Shown: piece after piece, positions 7,709 to 17,100 of the stretch
Position numbering within the stretch: position 1 is the stretch's first letter
Layout: each line of letters begins with the position of its first letter
Assembly (NCBI GenBank): GCA_045568075.1
Contig: JBJLBP010000001.1
Span: 660,001 to 692,000, forward strand
DNA from: Candidatus Thalassarchaeaceae archaeon
Lineage (GTDB): Archaea > Thermoplasmatota > Poseidoniia > Poseidoniales > Thalassarchaeaceae
Reading direction: 5' to 3'
Length of the DNA stretch: 32,000 nt
The notes under the pieces: generated by a model
The model's database searches: none
What the model was told of the DNA's origin: nothing
What the model saw: the letters and a program-made list of their open reading frames with translations, nothing else
Translations under genes and position numbers: made by a program

Positions 7709-8908
7709 TCACTCCTCCTCTTCCGCTTCTTCGGCGAGATTCCTCACTCCGCTTTTCTCTCGAAGCTCCTTTGAGGTCTTGGCGCCGAGTTCCTTCAACA
7801 TCTCAGTCTGCCGAATGACGTTTCCAGTCCCATCAGTAAGTTGATTCTTAGCCTTGTCGAAGGCCTTCTGAGCCTGCCCCAACTCGAAGCCAATTTCTGT
7901 GAACGACTCAAGGAAAAGCACGACCTTGTCGTAGAGCTTTCCAGCGCGCTCAATCAGTTCAAGTTGATTCTTCGATTGCTTCTCCTTCTTCCACAGGTCC
8001 TGAATCATCATCAGAATGACCATGATGCTCGTTCCACTGACAATCTTGACTCGTTGGTCAGCGACAAGTCCTGCGTAAAGGTCAGGGCTGTACCGCATGG
8101 CATCGATGTAGGCGCTCTCTAGAGGCACAACCATGAGCACGAAATCGAGAGTATTGATGCTCTTCATGTGGCTGTAATTGGCTGAGGCGAGTTTCTTCAC
8201 ATGTGAGTTGATTGAATCGCAGTGAGCCTTCATCGCAGCCTCAGCTTCATCCTCATCTGCGGCATTGACAAACTGTGTGTAGGCTGTCAGTGAGACTTTT
8301 GAGTCGAGAACGACTTGTCTGTCACCTGGGAGGTTGACTACGAAATCTGTCCTCTTTCGACTCTTATCTGCAGCGGTCTCGGAGAGTTGTGTGACATAGT
8401 CACGTCCCTCGACGAAGCCCATGCTCTGAAGCAGATTCTCGACCACTACCTCGCCCCATGCACCTTGGGTGCTAGAGTCTCCCTTCAGTGCATTTGTCAA
8501 GGCCTGAGTATCGCTTGAAAGTTGAAGGCCAGCTGTCTCTACAGCGCCTATCTTAGTCTCTAGAGTGGCCTCTCGTTGAATCCTCTCTCTCTCGACTCGA
8601 TCCACAGTCTCGAAGTAGTCGCCGAGAGATTTCGAAAGGTCTTCAGTCGCCTTTGTAAAACTCCCTTCCTTCTCCTTATCAGCCGCTTCTACAGCGTCTG
8701 AGAAGGCTTGTGTGGCCGCCAGTTTGTACGTGTCGAGCATCTGATGTTGAGTGGTTTGAAATGCTTCTTCGCGAGCTTCTAATTGGGCTCTCACCTTGAC
8801 TAATTCAGTTTCTGCATCGCTCGGCCCAGAGTCCATTTTCTGCTTCGCTAGCAGCCATCCAATTGCCGCACCAACAAGAATTCCAACGACGACGAACACG
8901 ATTTCCAT
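7709..8908 (-). CDS. rmuC: DNA recombination protein RmuC family
   Basis: Start set to ATG 8908 (MEIVFVVVGILVGAAIGWLLA, an N-terminal TM); the track ORF extends to 8968. A long coiled-coil region is followed by the RmuC core RTDFVVNLPGDRQVVLDSKVSLTAY and DFVLMVVPLESAY. Confidence 0.8.
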   Translation of the reverse strand: MEIVFVVVGILVGAAIGWLLAKQKMDSGPSDAETELVKVRAQLEAREEAFQTTQHQMLDTYKLAATQAFSDAVEAADKEKEGSFTKATEDLSKSLGDYFETVDRVERERIQREATLETKIGAVETAGLQLSSDTQALTNALKGDSSTQGAWGEVVVENLLQSMGFVEGRDYVTQLSETAADKSRKRTDFVVNLPGDRQVVLDSKVSLTAYTQFVNAADEDEAEAAMKAHCDSINSHVKKLASANYSHMKSINTLDFVLMVVPLESAYIDAMRYSPDLYAGLVADQRVKIVSGTSIMVILMMIQDLWKKEKQSKNQLELIERAGKLYDKVVLFLESFTEIGFELGQAQKAFDKAKNQLTDGTGNVIRQTEMLKELGAKTSKELREKSGVRNLAEEAEEEE

Positions 8909-9034
8909 TTCACTCAGCAAACAAAGAGGAAATCGAGGGTATATCAAGACTGGCAATCCGCTACGCAAGTGTAAGTCTGTTTAGGAGCGGTGCTGACCGG
9001 TCTGTTTAGGAATGGATTGTCGATACCACCTGCT

Positions 9035-10135
9035 ATGGATGCTTATGGGAGGGTACGCTGTGCTGTTCTAGGAGCCACTGGAATGGTCGCCCAACGATTC
9101 TTCCAACGTCTCCAATTCCACCCCTGGCTCGAACCCGTCGCAGTCATCGGTTCGCCGGAAACTTCGGGAAGTGCTCATGATGAGTGTCTCTGGAGTTTGG
9201 ATGAGGAAAGGCCACCGCAAAGTGGGCTGACTATCGGCGGGCTCGAGGATCTCGATTTGCTGATTGAGGAATTCCGAGATCTTGGAGTGCGCATTGTTTT
9301 CTCAGCACTTCCTGATGAGCCGGCCGGGAGGGTCGAGAGGCCACTGGCTGAGGCCGGCTTCATCGTCGTCTCGCACGCACAAATACACAGGCTCGACGAC
9401 GATGTACCTCTAGTCGTGCCAGAAGTGAATATCGAGCACTTAGCAGTGCTCGACAATCAAGCAAATTCGGGCGGTGGCCGGCTGGTTTCCTGCTCAAATT
9501 GCGCAGTATCTCCTCTCGCCATCACCCTCGCTCCGCTAATGCAGATGGCTCCGCTGGCATCAATCCGAATCGCCACCGAACAAGCCTTGTCCGGTGGTGG
9601 CCGCAAAATGTTAGCTGCTGGTCGAGCGGGCGAGCAAATATCTCGTGAGATTCCAGGAGAGTCAGAATCCGTTCGAGCCGAATTGGCCAAAATCCTCGAA
9701 ACGGATGTGAGCATTGAAGCGGAGTGCATTAGAGTGATGCGAGACCATGGTCATTATGCACGCCTGCACGTCGAATTCACTGAGCCTGTAAGCGCTCATC
9801 AGGTCATCCGAGAATGGCGTGAATGGACATCACGGAGCCAGCAACTCGACCTTCCATCGGCTCCGTCGCGAGCGATTATATTCGTCGATGACAAACTTTC
9901 TGAGGAGCACCGTTGGGTCGGTGGAGACGGTGTAAATCATCCCGGACACGATCTCAAGGCAGGGATGTCAGTGGCGGTCGGAGAGGTATCGGTCGAGGGT
10001 ACGAGCCTACGATACTCGACTATGGCTGACAATACGATTCGGGGTGCTGCGGGCTACTCAGTTCTGTTGGCCGAGCAGCTTCTCGCAGACGGATTGATGC
10101 ACGATAATAATACAACACTCGCGCGCGAGTTGTGA
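9035..10135 (+). CDS. asd: Aspartate-semialdehyde dehydrogenase (archaeal type)
   Basis: Blocks: Rossmann VLGATGMVAQRF, HPWLEP, DVPLVVPEVN, active-site Cys block VSCSNCAVSPL, QALSGGG. Start at ATG 9035; the track uses GTG 8990. Confidence 0.8.
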   Translation: MDAYGRVRCAVLGATGMVAQRFFQRLQFHPWLEPVAVIGSPETSGSAHDECLWSLDEERPPQSGLTIGGLEDLDLLIEEFRDLGVRIVFSALPDEPAGRVERPLAEAGFIVVSHAQIHRLDDDVPLVVPEVNIEHLAVLDNQANSGGGRLVSCSNCAVSPLAITLAPLMQMAPLASIRIATEQALSGGGRKMLAAGRAGEQISREIPGESESVRAELAKILETDVSIEAECIRVMRDHGHYARLHVEFTEPVSAHQVIREWREWTSRSQQLDLPSAPSRAIIFVDDKLSEEHRWVGGDGVNHPGHDLKAGMSVAVGEVSVEGTSLRYSTMADNTIRGAAGYSVLLAEQLLADGLMHDNNTTLAREL

Positions 10136-10151
10136 ATCTCTTCTTGGAGTC

Positions 10152-10817
10152 TTGACTTCGAGCCAACCGCACACGCCAATAGAGCGACATCCTACGCAGG
10201 GCGTGCGTCAGCGTCGCCTCGCTATGTTACTCTCCTCGCTTCCAGGGCATCCTTGCTCGGATGTCGGGTTGGAGCAGTATTCGACTAGTGGCGATTTGGC
10301 AGCAGCGTGGTTGGCGCAAATCGCCGCTTTCGGCGACCTTGATGCTGATTCAGTGGTCGCCGACTTGGGCGCGGGTAATGGAATTCTTGGAATCGGGGCC
10401 GCGCTGATGGGTGCTGGTCAGGTGATTCTTGTCGAATGCGATGAGGCTGCCTGTGCTGTAGCATTCGAGGCAGTCGAACAGACCGGAGTTGGAGATATTG
10501 CTGAGGTGATGTGCAAGGTGGTCAATGAGAATCTGGATATCGCTGGAGTCGATCTTGTAATTTCGAACCCTCCCTGGGGTTCTCAAACACCGAAAAGCGA
10601 TCGCCCATTCCTCGAAGCGATGCTTCGCAGTGGCGCGAATTCTCATTTGATGCACAGCGCTCAAGCGACTCATATTGAACCGTTATTTGAGGCGGCTGGT
10701 TGGACTGTTGAGCGATATTGGGAAGCGGACTTTGCCCTCCCAGCTGCCTACGCCCATCACTCCAGCCGTCAAGGTAAGACACGAGTCGCATTTTGGCGGC
10801 TGATTCCGCCCGAGTGA
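10152..10817 (+). CDS. METTL5-like (N6-adenine, NPPW motif) RNA methyltransferase
   Basis: Collinear by eye with human METTL5: LEQYSTSGDLAA vs LEQYPT, VVADLGAGNGILGIGAALMGAG (SAM motif I), VISNPPWGS (NPPF/W motif IV), FALPAAYAHH vs YDLPASYKFH. The start is ambiguous: TTG 10152, GTG 10203 or ATG 10224. Confidence 0.8.
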   Translation: MTSSQPHTPIERHPTQGVRQRRLAMLLSSLPGHPCSDVGLEQYSTSGDLAAAWLAQIAAFGDLDADSVVADLGAGNGILGIGAALMGAGQVILVECDEAACAVAFEAVEQTGVGDIAEVMCKVVNENLDIAGVDLVISNPPWGSQTPKSDRPFLEAMLRSGANSHLMHSAQATHIEPLFEAAGWTVERYWEADFALPAAYAHHSSRQGKTRVAFWRLIPPE

Positions 10818-10912
10818 AACCCCCTTCGCTCCGAGAGCACTGAAGGGACCTTCCAACGCCGTGCTACGCACGGCCGGACCGTTCATAGGGAGTGGTCCGG
10901 TCGCCGGCCTCG

Positions 10913-12226
10913 ATGAGCGCTGCTGACGGAGACTTCGTCACACCCGGTAACACGGTTGAGATCCCGGCCGATGCTAACCTTGGCTCGGGCCTCTCCGAGA
11001 CCGATTCCGGTGCAATAGCTCTCGTCAGCGGCACCGTTGTCAGCAACGATGGAACCATTTCCATCGAGGCCAACAGACCCGAGACGAACTCACCTCAGAT
11101 TGGTGACGATGTTATCGCCGAGGTCACCAAGCTGATGCCCAAGGTCGCGATGGTACGCTTACTCCACATCGAGAAGGACGCAGGTCACCGCGACCTTGCC
11201 GCTCTGAATCTCTTCGCAGACATTTTCGTCACTGAGATTGTAGACCGATTCCTTCCATCCCCTGGCGATGCAATGCGAACTCGAGATTTGATCCGAGCTC
11301 GCATCACCCAAATTGAACCGAACGTCAAGGCAAGCACTCGTGGCTCGCCCGAACTCGGAGTCCTTTCGGCAATCTGCCCCGCTTGCGGCGTCGACCTAGT
11401 TACCTCTGCAGCTAAGGACGATTTCAACGTCGATTGCCCACGCTGCGACTACATTGGTTACCGCGCTCTTTCCAACGGCTTCGGCCACGGCCACATCCTC
11501 GGAGACGACGTTCAGAGCCTGAATCGTGGCGGCGAGCGTTGGTCTGCAGACGCTGAGAAGAATCTCGGTCACGAGGGCGCTCGACCCTACCTATCCCCAA
11601 TGGCCGATCATCGCCGCGGGCTCACTCATGATGCCCCAGCGGCGGCCATGCGCATGCGCGCAGCAATCACTGGAAAAGGAGGCCGTGGAAGAGGCGGTGG
11701 AGGCAAGGATCGCGTCCAGCACAAATGCAAGTGCACCCTCTGCGGAGTCGACACAACAGTTCCATTCAAGCCGACACCCGGCAAGCCAATTCGCTGTCGC
11801 GACTGCATGGGCAAAGTCAAGGATGGCAAAGCAACCAAGGAGCAATTAGCGGCTGAGAGAGAGGTTCTGACAAAGGCTCGAGCCGAGTCTTCAGAGACTT
11901 CAGGAATCAAACTTTTCGTGGCACGTCTAGCCTACAAAGCAACTGAAGATGAACTACGCGCTTTGTTCGCCGACCATGGCGAGGTTAGCGAGTGCAGCAT
12001 CGCCACCGACCGTGAGACCGGTCAATCTCGCGGCTTTGCTTTCGTCAAGTTCGCCAGTCGCAAAGCCGGTGAGAAGGCAATCAAGGAACTCGATGGAACT
12101 GAGATTCATGGCCGCAAGATTTCGGTTCAAGAATCCAATGACGGCGGGGGCCGCCGAGGTGGACGCGGAGGAAACCGCGGCGACCGCGGTGGTAATCGTG
12201 GTCGTGGTGGCGGACGCCGCAACTGA
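10913..12226 (+). CDS. csl4: Exosome complex RNA-binding subunit Csl4 fused to a CxxC-x17-CxxC zinc ribbon, an RRM domain and an RGG-rich tail
   Basis: ATG 10913; the track uses GTG 10892. The N-terminal ~200 aa shows Csl4 architecture: FVTPGNTV...ALVSGTV, an S1-like core GDDVIAEVTKLMPKVAMVRL...IRARITQIE, and the zinc ribbon CPACG...CPRC. Next come GKGGRGRGGGGK, then CTLCGVDTTVPFKPTPGKPIRCRDC (exactly 17 residues between the CxxC pairs). An RRM follows, with RNP-2 LFVARL and RNP-1 RGFAFVKF. The protein ends in GGGRRGGRGGNRGDRGGNRGRGGGRRN. Confidence 0.8.
   Translation: MSAADGDFVTPGNTVEIPADANLGSGLSETDSGAIALVSGTVVSNDGTISIEANRPETNSPQIGDDVIAEVTKLMPKVAMVRLLHIEKDAGHRDLAALNLFADIFVTEIVDRFLPSPGDAMRTRDLIRARITQIEPNVKASTRGSPELGVLSAICPACGVDLVTSAAKDDFNVDCPRCDYIGYRALSNGFGHGHILGDDVQSLNRGGERWSADAEKNLGHEGARPYLSPMADHRRGLTHDAPAAAMRMRAAITGKGGRGRGGGGKDRVQHKCKCTLCGVDTTVPFKPTPGKPIRCRDCMGKVKDGKATKEQLAAEREVLTKARAESSETSGIKLFVARLAYKATEDELRALFADHGEVSECSIATDRETGQSRGFAFVKFASRKAGEKAIKELDGTEIHGRKISVQESNDGGGRRGGRGGNRGDRGGNRGRGGGRRN
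11906..12223 (+). other. RRM (RNP-1/RNP-2) domain plus C-terminal RGG box inside the Csl4 fusion ORF
   Basis: IKLFVARLAYKATEDELRALFADHGEVSECSIATDRETGQSRGFAFVKFASRKAGEKAIKELDGTEIHGRKISVQ, followed by an Arg/Gly tail. It is in frame with the Csl4 part, with no stop between them in my reading. Confidence 0.8.
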
Positions 12227-12330
12227 GCCACTGCTCGACGGATTATTCACGTCGATTCTTTTCGCGTGCGAGGACTCGTTCAATCGAAGTCGTGAAGGCT
12301 CAGTGTTCAGCCGAGCGGCTGAGGGATTCG

Positions 12331-14112
12331 ATGGAAGGCTGGCTTGTCCTCGATGGTTACGAGGATGAACCGGCTGCCTTCGGCGTGCCGAATTACCTCG
12401 GATTCCATATTCGCTACATCTGCGGAGTGCTGGAAGCTCGAGGTATTCCATACACGTACATGACAGTTGATCAGTGGCGGCTCAAGCACAAGAATCGTCT
12501 ATCAGAACCAGATGAAAGAGCCGCCCTGCAGCGAGAACTTGCTGATCTTGACGGTGCGGTAGTTCTCGCTGGTTCCGTAGTTCCAGGCAAATATGTTCGA
12601 GGAACTCCGATTTCCCGTCGCGAACTCGATGAGTTTCTCGCCATCCTCCCGCACGAACACCCAGTTCTCGCGGGAGGCTGGGCCATCAGACATTGGCGCT
12701 ATGACGGCTGGATTCCGCTCCGCGCCAACCTATTCTGTGCAGTGCAAGACACCGATGCAACTCTCGACAATTTCCTCACTTCTGGTCAGTGGAAACACAA
12801 GCGACGTAGCCCCGAGCAATGGAATGAGTGGGCGAAGGCGGGAGCGAAGGGCCAGTGTGTCACCACTCACCCCGACCTCGTTACAGAAGATGGCCGAGCC
12901 GGCCCATTGACTTACGAGGTCGAACTCTACCAGGGCTGTGTCCGATTCAAGCGAGGATGCAAATTCTGTATCGAGCCGAAGAAGGGAGTTCCAATTTGGC
13001 GAGAAGAAGAGGATGTTATCGCTGAGATAACCACTGCTCTTGACAACGGAGTACGCCACGTAAGAATAGGCGGCGCTACAGACATTTACACCTACAAAGC
13101 CGAAGGAGTCGTCGAACTCGAATATCCAGTTCCGAACCCTGAGCCAATAGCTAGAGTTCTGCATGGTTTGAGAGAGGACGAACGCCTCGATATCCTTCAC
13201 GTGGACAACGGAAATCCATCCATAGTCGCAGAGAATCTCGAACCTGCAACAGAGATCACTCGCACCCTTGTAGAAACTCTCTCCGATGGCGCAGTGCTCT
13301 CTTTTGGACTAGAATCAGCCGACCCACGAGTGCACGAAGAAAATTGGCTCAATTGTGATTCAGACCAACTCAAAACAGCTATTCGCCACATCAATGAACA
13401 CGGTCGCGAACGAGGTGAAAGAGGTCTACCAAAACTTCTCCCAGGTCTCAATTTCATCGCTGGCCTAAACGGTGAAACAGAACAATCCTACGACCTCAAT
13501 CGCCAACTCCTCAACAGCCTGCGCGCGGAAGGGCTCTGGCTGCGCAGAATCAACATCCGCCAAGTCGAAGGTCAAGGCTTCCAACCAATTCCCGAAGCCA
13601 CCTTCCGCGCATTCAAAAAAAGCGTCAGAGAAGAAATCGACAAACCTCTCCTCGAAGAAATGTTCCCGGCAGGTACTCGCCTAACGAATGTCTGGTGGGA
13701 AGCCCACGAAGACCGCATTCGCAGACCCGAACAAGTGCTCAATCCAGAGCATAGAGACTCGGCGATTCATGGCCGCTCAGGAATCACCTTTGGCCGTCAA
13801 ATCGGAGCATACCCAATCCTTATCGGAATTCCTTACCAAATTCCGCTCGAAACAGAATCAGATATCATCGTCACAGGTCATGGAATGCGCAGCATCAGTG
13901 GAGTGGAGTCGAACCTATCGATCAATACTGCAACTCAGGCTCAACTCGAAGCCATCCCTGGCATAGGCAGCAAAGCGGCATGGCGAATCATCTCTGAAAG
14001 AGCGAAATTGTCCCGTAAAGCCCCCGAAAGGCCATTTGATAGCGTCGAAGAGGCACTAGAAGCAGCGGGACTCCAGTCCTACGGACTGTCTCTTGAGGTG
14101 CTCAACGCGTGA
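12331..14112 (+). CDS. Radical SAM-superfamily protein with C-terminal helix-hairpin-helix motif (COG1031-like)
   Basis: ATG 12331 is preceded by SD-like GAGGG; the track uses GTG 12292. N-terminus LVLDGYEDEPAAFGVPNYLGFHIRYICG. Cys cluster GCVRFKRGCKFCIEP. C-terminal HhH ATQAQLEAIPGIGSKAAWRII. Confidence 0.7.
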   Translation: MEGWLVLDGYEDEPAAFGVPNYLGFHIRYICGVLEARGIPYTYMTVDQWRLKHKNRLSEPDERAALQRELADLDGAVVLAGSVVPGKYVRGTPISRRELDEFLAILPHEHPVLAGGWAIRHWRYDGWIPLRANLFCAVQDTDATLDNFLTSGQWKHKRRSPEQWNEWAKAGAKGQCVTTHPDLVTEDGRAGPLTYEVELYQGCVRFKRGCKFCIEPKKGVPIWREEEDVIAEITTALDNGVRHVRIGGATDIYTYKAEGVVELEYPVPNPEPIARVLHGLREDERLDILHVDNGNPSIVAENLEPATEITRTLVETLSDGAVLSFGLESADPRVHEENWLNCDSDQLKTAIRHINEHGRERGERGLPKLLPGLNFIAGLNGETEQSYDLNRQLLNSLRAEGLWLRRINIRQVEGQGFQPIPEATFRAFKKSVREEIDKPLLEEMFPAGTRLTNVWWEAHEDRIRRPEQVLNPEHRDSAIHGRSGITFGRQIGAYPILIGIPYQIPLETESDIIVTGHGMRSISGVESNLSINTATQAQLEAIPGIGSKAAWRIISERAKLSRKAPERPFDSVEEALEAAGLQSYGLSLEVLNA

Positions 14113-14168
14113 TGCAAACAGTTCAGGCATAGGGAATAGTGATAATCTCAGCAAGTGCGCCAATCTTC

Positions 14169-17100
14169 ATGCTGAACGAGGAAACCAAGAGGACAATCGC
14201 GCTCGGAATCTGCACACTCTTCTTCGGGGTGACCATGCTCGGCTTCCTGATAGGCAGCCAAGGTGCAACGCTCGTACTCGGTGTTGAGGAGGAAGCGGAT
14301 TTCACGCACGGCAGCGGTCCGACGCTGAATGTGCGTGGCAGCGAGGCCGGCTCGGTCTTCTCTCATTCTGTCCTCAACGTCGCTGATGACGGACCAATCG
14401 TAGTGCTAGCAAATGGAACTACAATTGAGTGGTCTGCTGGTTCCGCAGTATATTCTGAGGATTCTGTGATTTCAAGTTCAGGAGCAGGACAATGTTCGAT
14501 TCTGAGTAATTATTCGATGTACTGCACTGGTTCGAATAATTACGGTCAATTGGGACTTGGTAACACAGCATTTAGCGCTGGATATGTCAGTTTGAGCCCT
14601 GAGCCAGTGGTTGTCGACGAGGGCAAGGATCACTCTTGTGCTATCCTCGTCGATGCGAGTTTGTGGTGCTGGGGTCGCAATCATCACGGTCAGATCGGGG
14701 ATGACTCGACGACTAATCGTGTATCGCCGGTACAAATCGATTTGGGCACCAACGTCGATGTTGTTGCCGTGTCTGCAGGCGAGGATCACACCTGTGCCAT
14801 CACTGACACAGGGGATGTCAAGTGCTGGGGATACAATATCCGTGGGCAATTGGGTGATGGCACCACCAACGATTCATATGTTCCAATCGAGGCTAACCAC
14901 TCAACTGGATTGCGCGCGGTTTCTTTGGTGACCTCGGGTCGTTCGACCTGCGCCATCTTCGACAATGGCTCGGTCGGTTGCTGGGGTAACAAATACACTG
15001 TATTCTCTGACAATGGTGCGGCAACCGCTAATGTCCATCTAGTCGATTTGGGCGCCGGCGCCACGGCAACGATGCTCGATGGCGTCGGTTCCCACACCTG
15101 CGCTGTCATCGACGATGGTTCGATGCAGTGCTGGGGAGTAAATACTCATGGACAACTCGGCGATGGCACCTGTTCCTCGACGATTAACTCGGCCTGCTCG
15201 GCTGAGAATATTTTCCCCGGCGAGGGAGATTCAACTGTACAAGTAAATTTGAGCGCCGGTCTTTCGGTGCTTGCAGCGGCGACCAGCACGGATTCAACGT
15301 GCGCACTTCTCTCGGATGATTCGCTGCGCTGCTGGGGAGCGCAGTCGGGAGAATTTGACAATACCAGCGATTCAATGCTCAACCCATACGAGTTGAGCTT
15401 CACCGATGGCGCACACGTCGCCTTTACCGATCAGGACATGGATGGCGACGGAACTCGCAATATCTTCGATACCCATCAGACCGGCGACGATGATGGTGAT
15501 GGCGTCATCGATACCGCCGACGATTATCCAAACAATCCTGCGCGTTGGACTGATTGCGATGACGGAAAGTATGGTCGTCTAATCTGTACCGATGCCGACG
15601 CAGGTCACTCTGCGCCAGGTAATACTCTGGTCCAGACTCAATGTGAGACGGGAACCTTCCAGCCTTACACTGGTCAATCGACCTGCCTCGATGCCTCCGC
15701 CGGTCATTACTCAGATTCGGACGGAGCCACATCTCAGAGTGCATGCGCGAGCGGATATTACAACGCCATGGTAGGACAATCATCCTGCACCGCCGCGCCT
15801 GCCGGTTCCTTCGCATCAACTACTGGTGGCGACGCTGGAGCAACCAATACGACGGCTCTACCGCTCTCAGTGATGAGTGCGAATTATTCTGCGACGGTAA
15901 ATGGCGGCAGCGACACCAGTGACGTATTCTCTCTCGATTTGCCACGAAATGCTTGGTTCTCTGCCAATCTCACCTCGCCGATGGGACAGGACTTCAACAT
16001 CGATCTACTGAACGAGACTTTCGATATGGTATCGTTCTCAGCGACCAATGCGACCCAAGAAGAGGTCTCAACATCGGCTGCCGGCAATGCAAGCGGATTC
16101 TATTACATCCGCATCATGTATTCCTCGGGTTCGACCGGACCTGGCAATTACTCACTGGTCATCGACCTACGTTCGACCTCTGGCTCGATGTCACAGATTG
16201 GCTCGACGGCGACCTTAGTCGATGCCGAACATGGAATCTCGACGACTCTGTGTGGCGTCGGAACTTGGCAGAATCAAGTCGGCTCGACTTCCTGTAATGC
16301 AGCCTCCGCCGGACACTATGTCTACGGAACAGGAGCGACCACACAAACCGCGTGCTCTCCAGGATATTACCAGCCGACCACTGGCCAGACGACTTGCATA
16401 ATTGCCTCAACTGGATATTACGTCCCAACTTCTGGCGCAGCCTCGCAGACCGCGGCCTCGCCCGGTTACTACGTCAATGTCTCAGGATCTTCTTTCCAGC
16501 AGGCCTGCGCTGCGGGAACTTACCAGACATCAGCGGCGCAGACCACTTGCTTCGCAGCTAATCCTGGATATTACGTACCGACAGCTGGACAAGCCAACAT
16601 GACAATCTGTGATGTTGGTACATACCAACCGAATTCAGGACAGACCTCCTGCATCGACGCGGACCCAGGCAATTATGTTCCAAATCAAGGGGCAACGGCA
16701 CAGTCCCAATGCTTGGTCGGTACTTACCAACCATACTCAGGCCAGTGGGCCTGTCTCAATGCCGAGCCTGGGCACTATGTTCCTACAGTGGCGTCCACCT
16801 CACAGATTGCCTGCGTTACTGGTACCTATCAGCCGGCGAGTGGTCAGGACAAATGTGATTCCGCCTCTGCCGGCTATTACGTCAATAGCACTGCAGCAGT
16901 CAGTCAAGATCCATGTTTGCCCGGAACTTACCAACCGAGTATCGGGCAGACTGAATGCCTAGCCGCCGATGCTGGACATTATGTCGATACGCAAGCGGCG
17001 ACGGCTCAGATTGCTTGTTCAGCGGGTTCTTACAATCCCAATACCGGAGCCGATGAAGCCAGCGATTGTATGCTGGCAGATACAGGGCACTACGTAGCTC

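Noticed and set aside
11954-12451. 165-aa minus-strand ORF and 139-aa plus-strand ORF over the RRM/RGG region
   Set aside because: They are antisense or alternative frames of the RRM/RGG coding sequence, which has clear RNP-1/RNP-2 motifs. Their own translations are low complexity.
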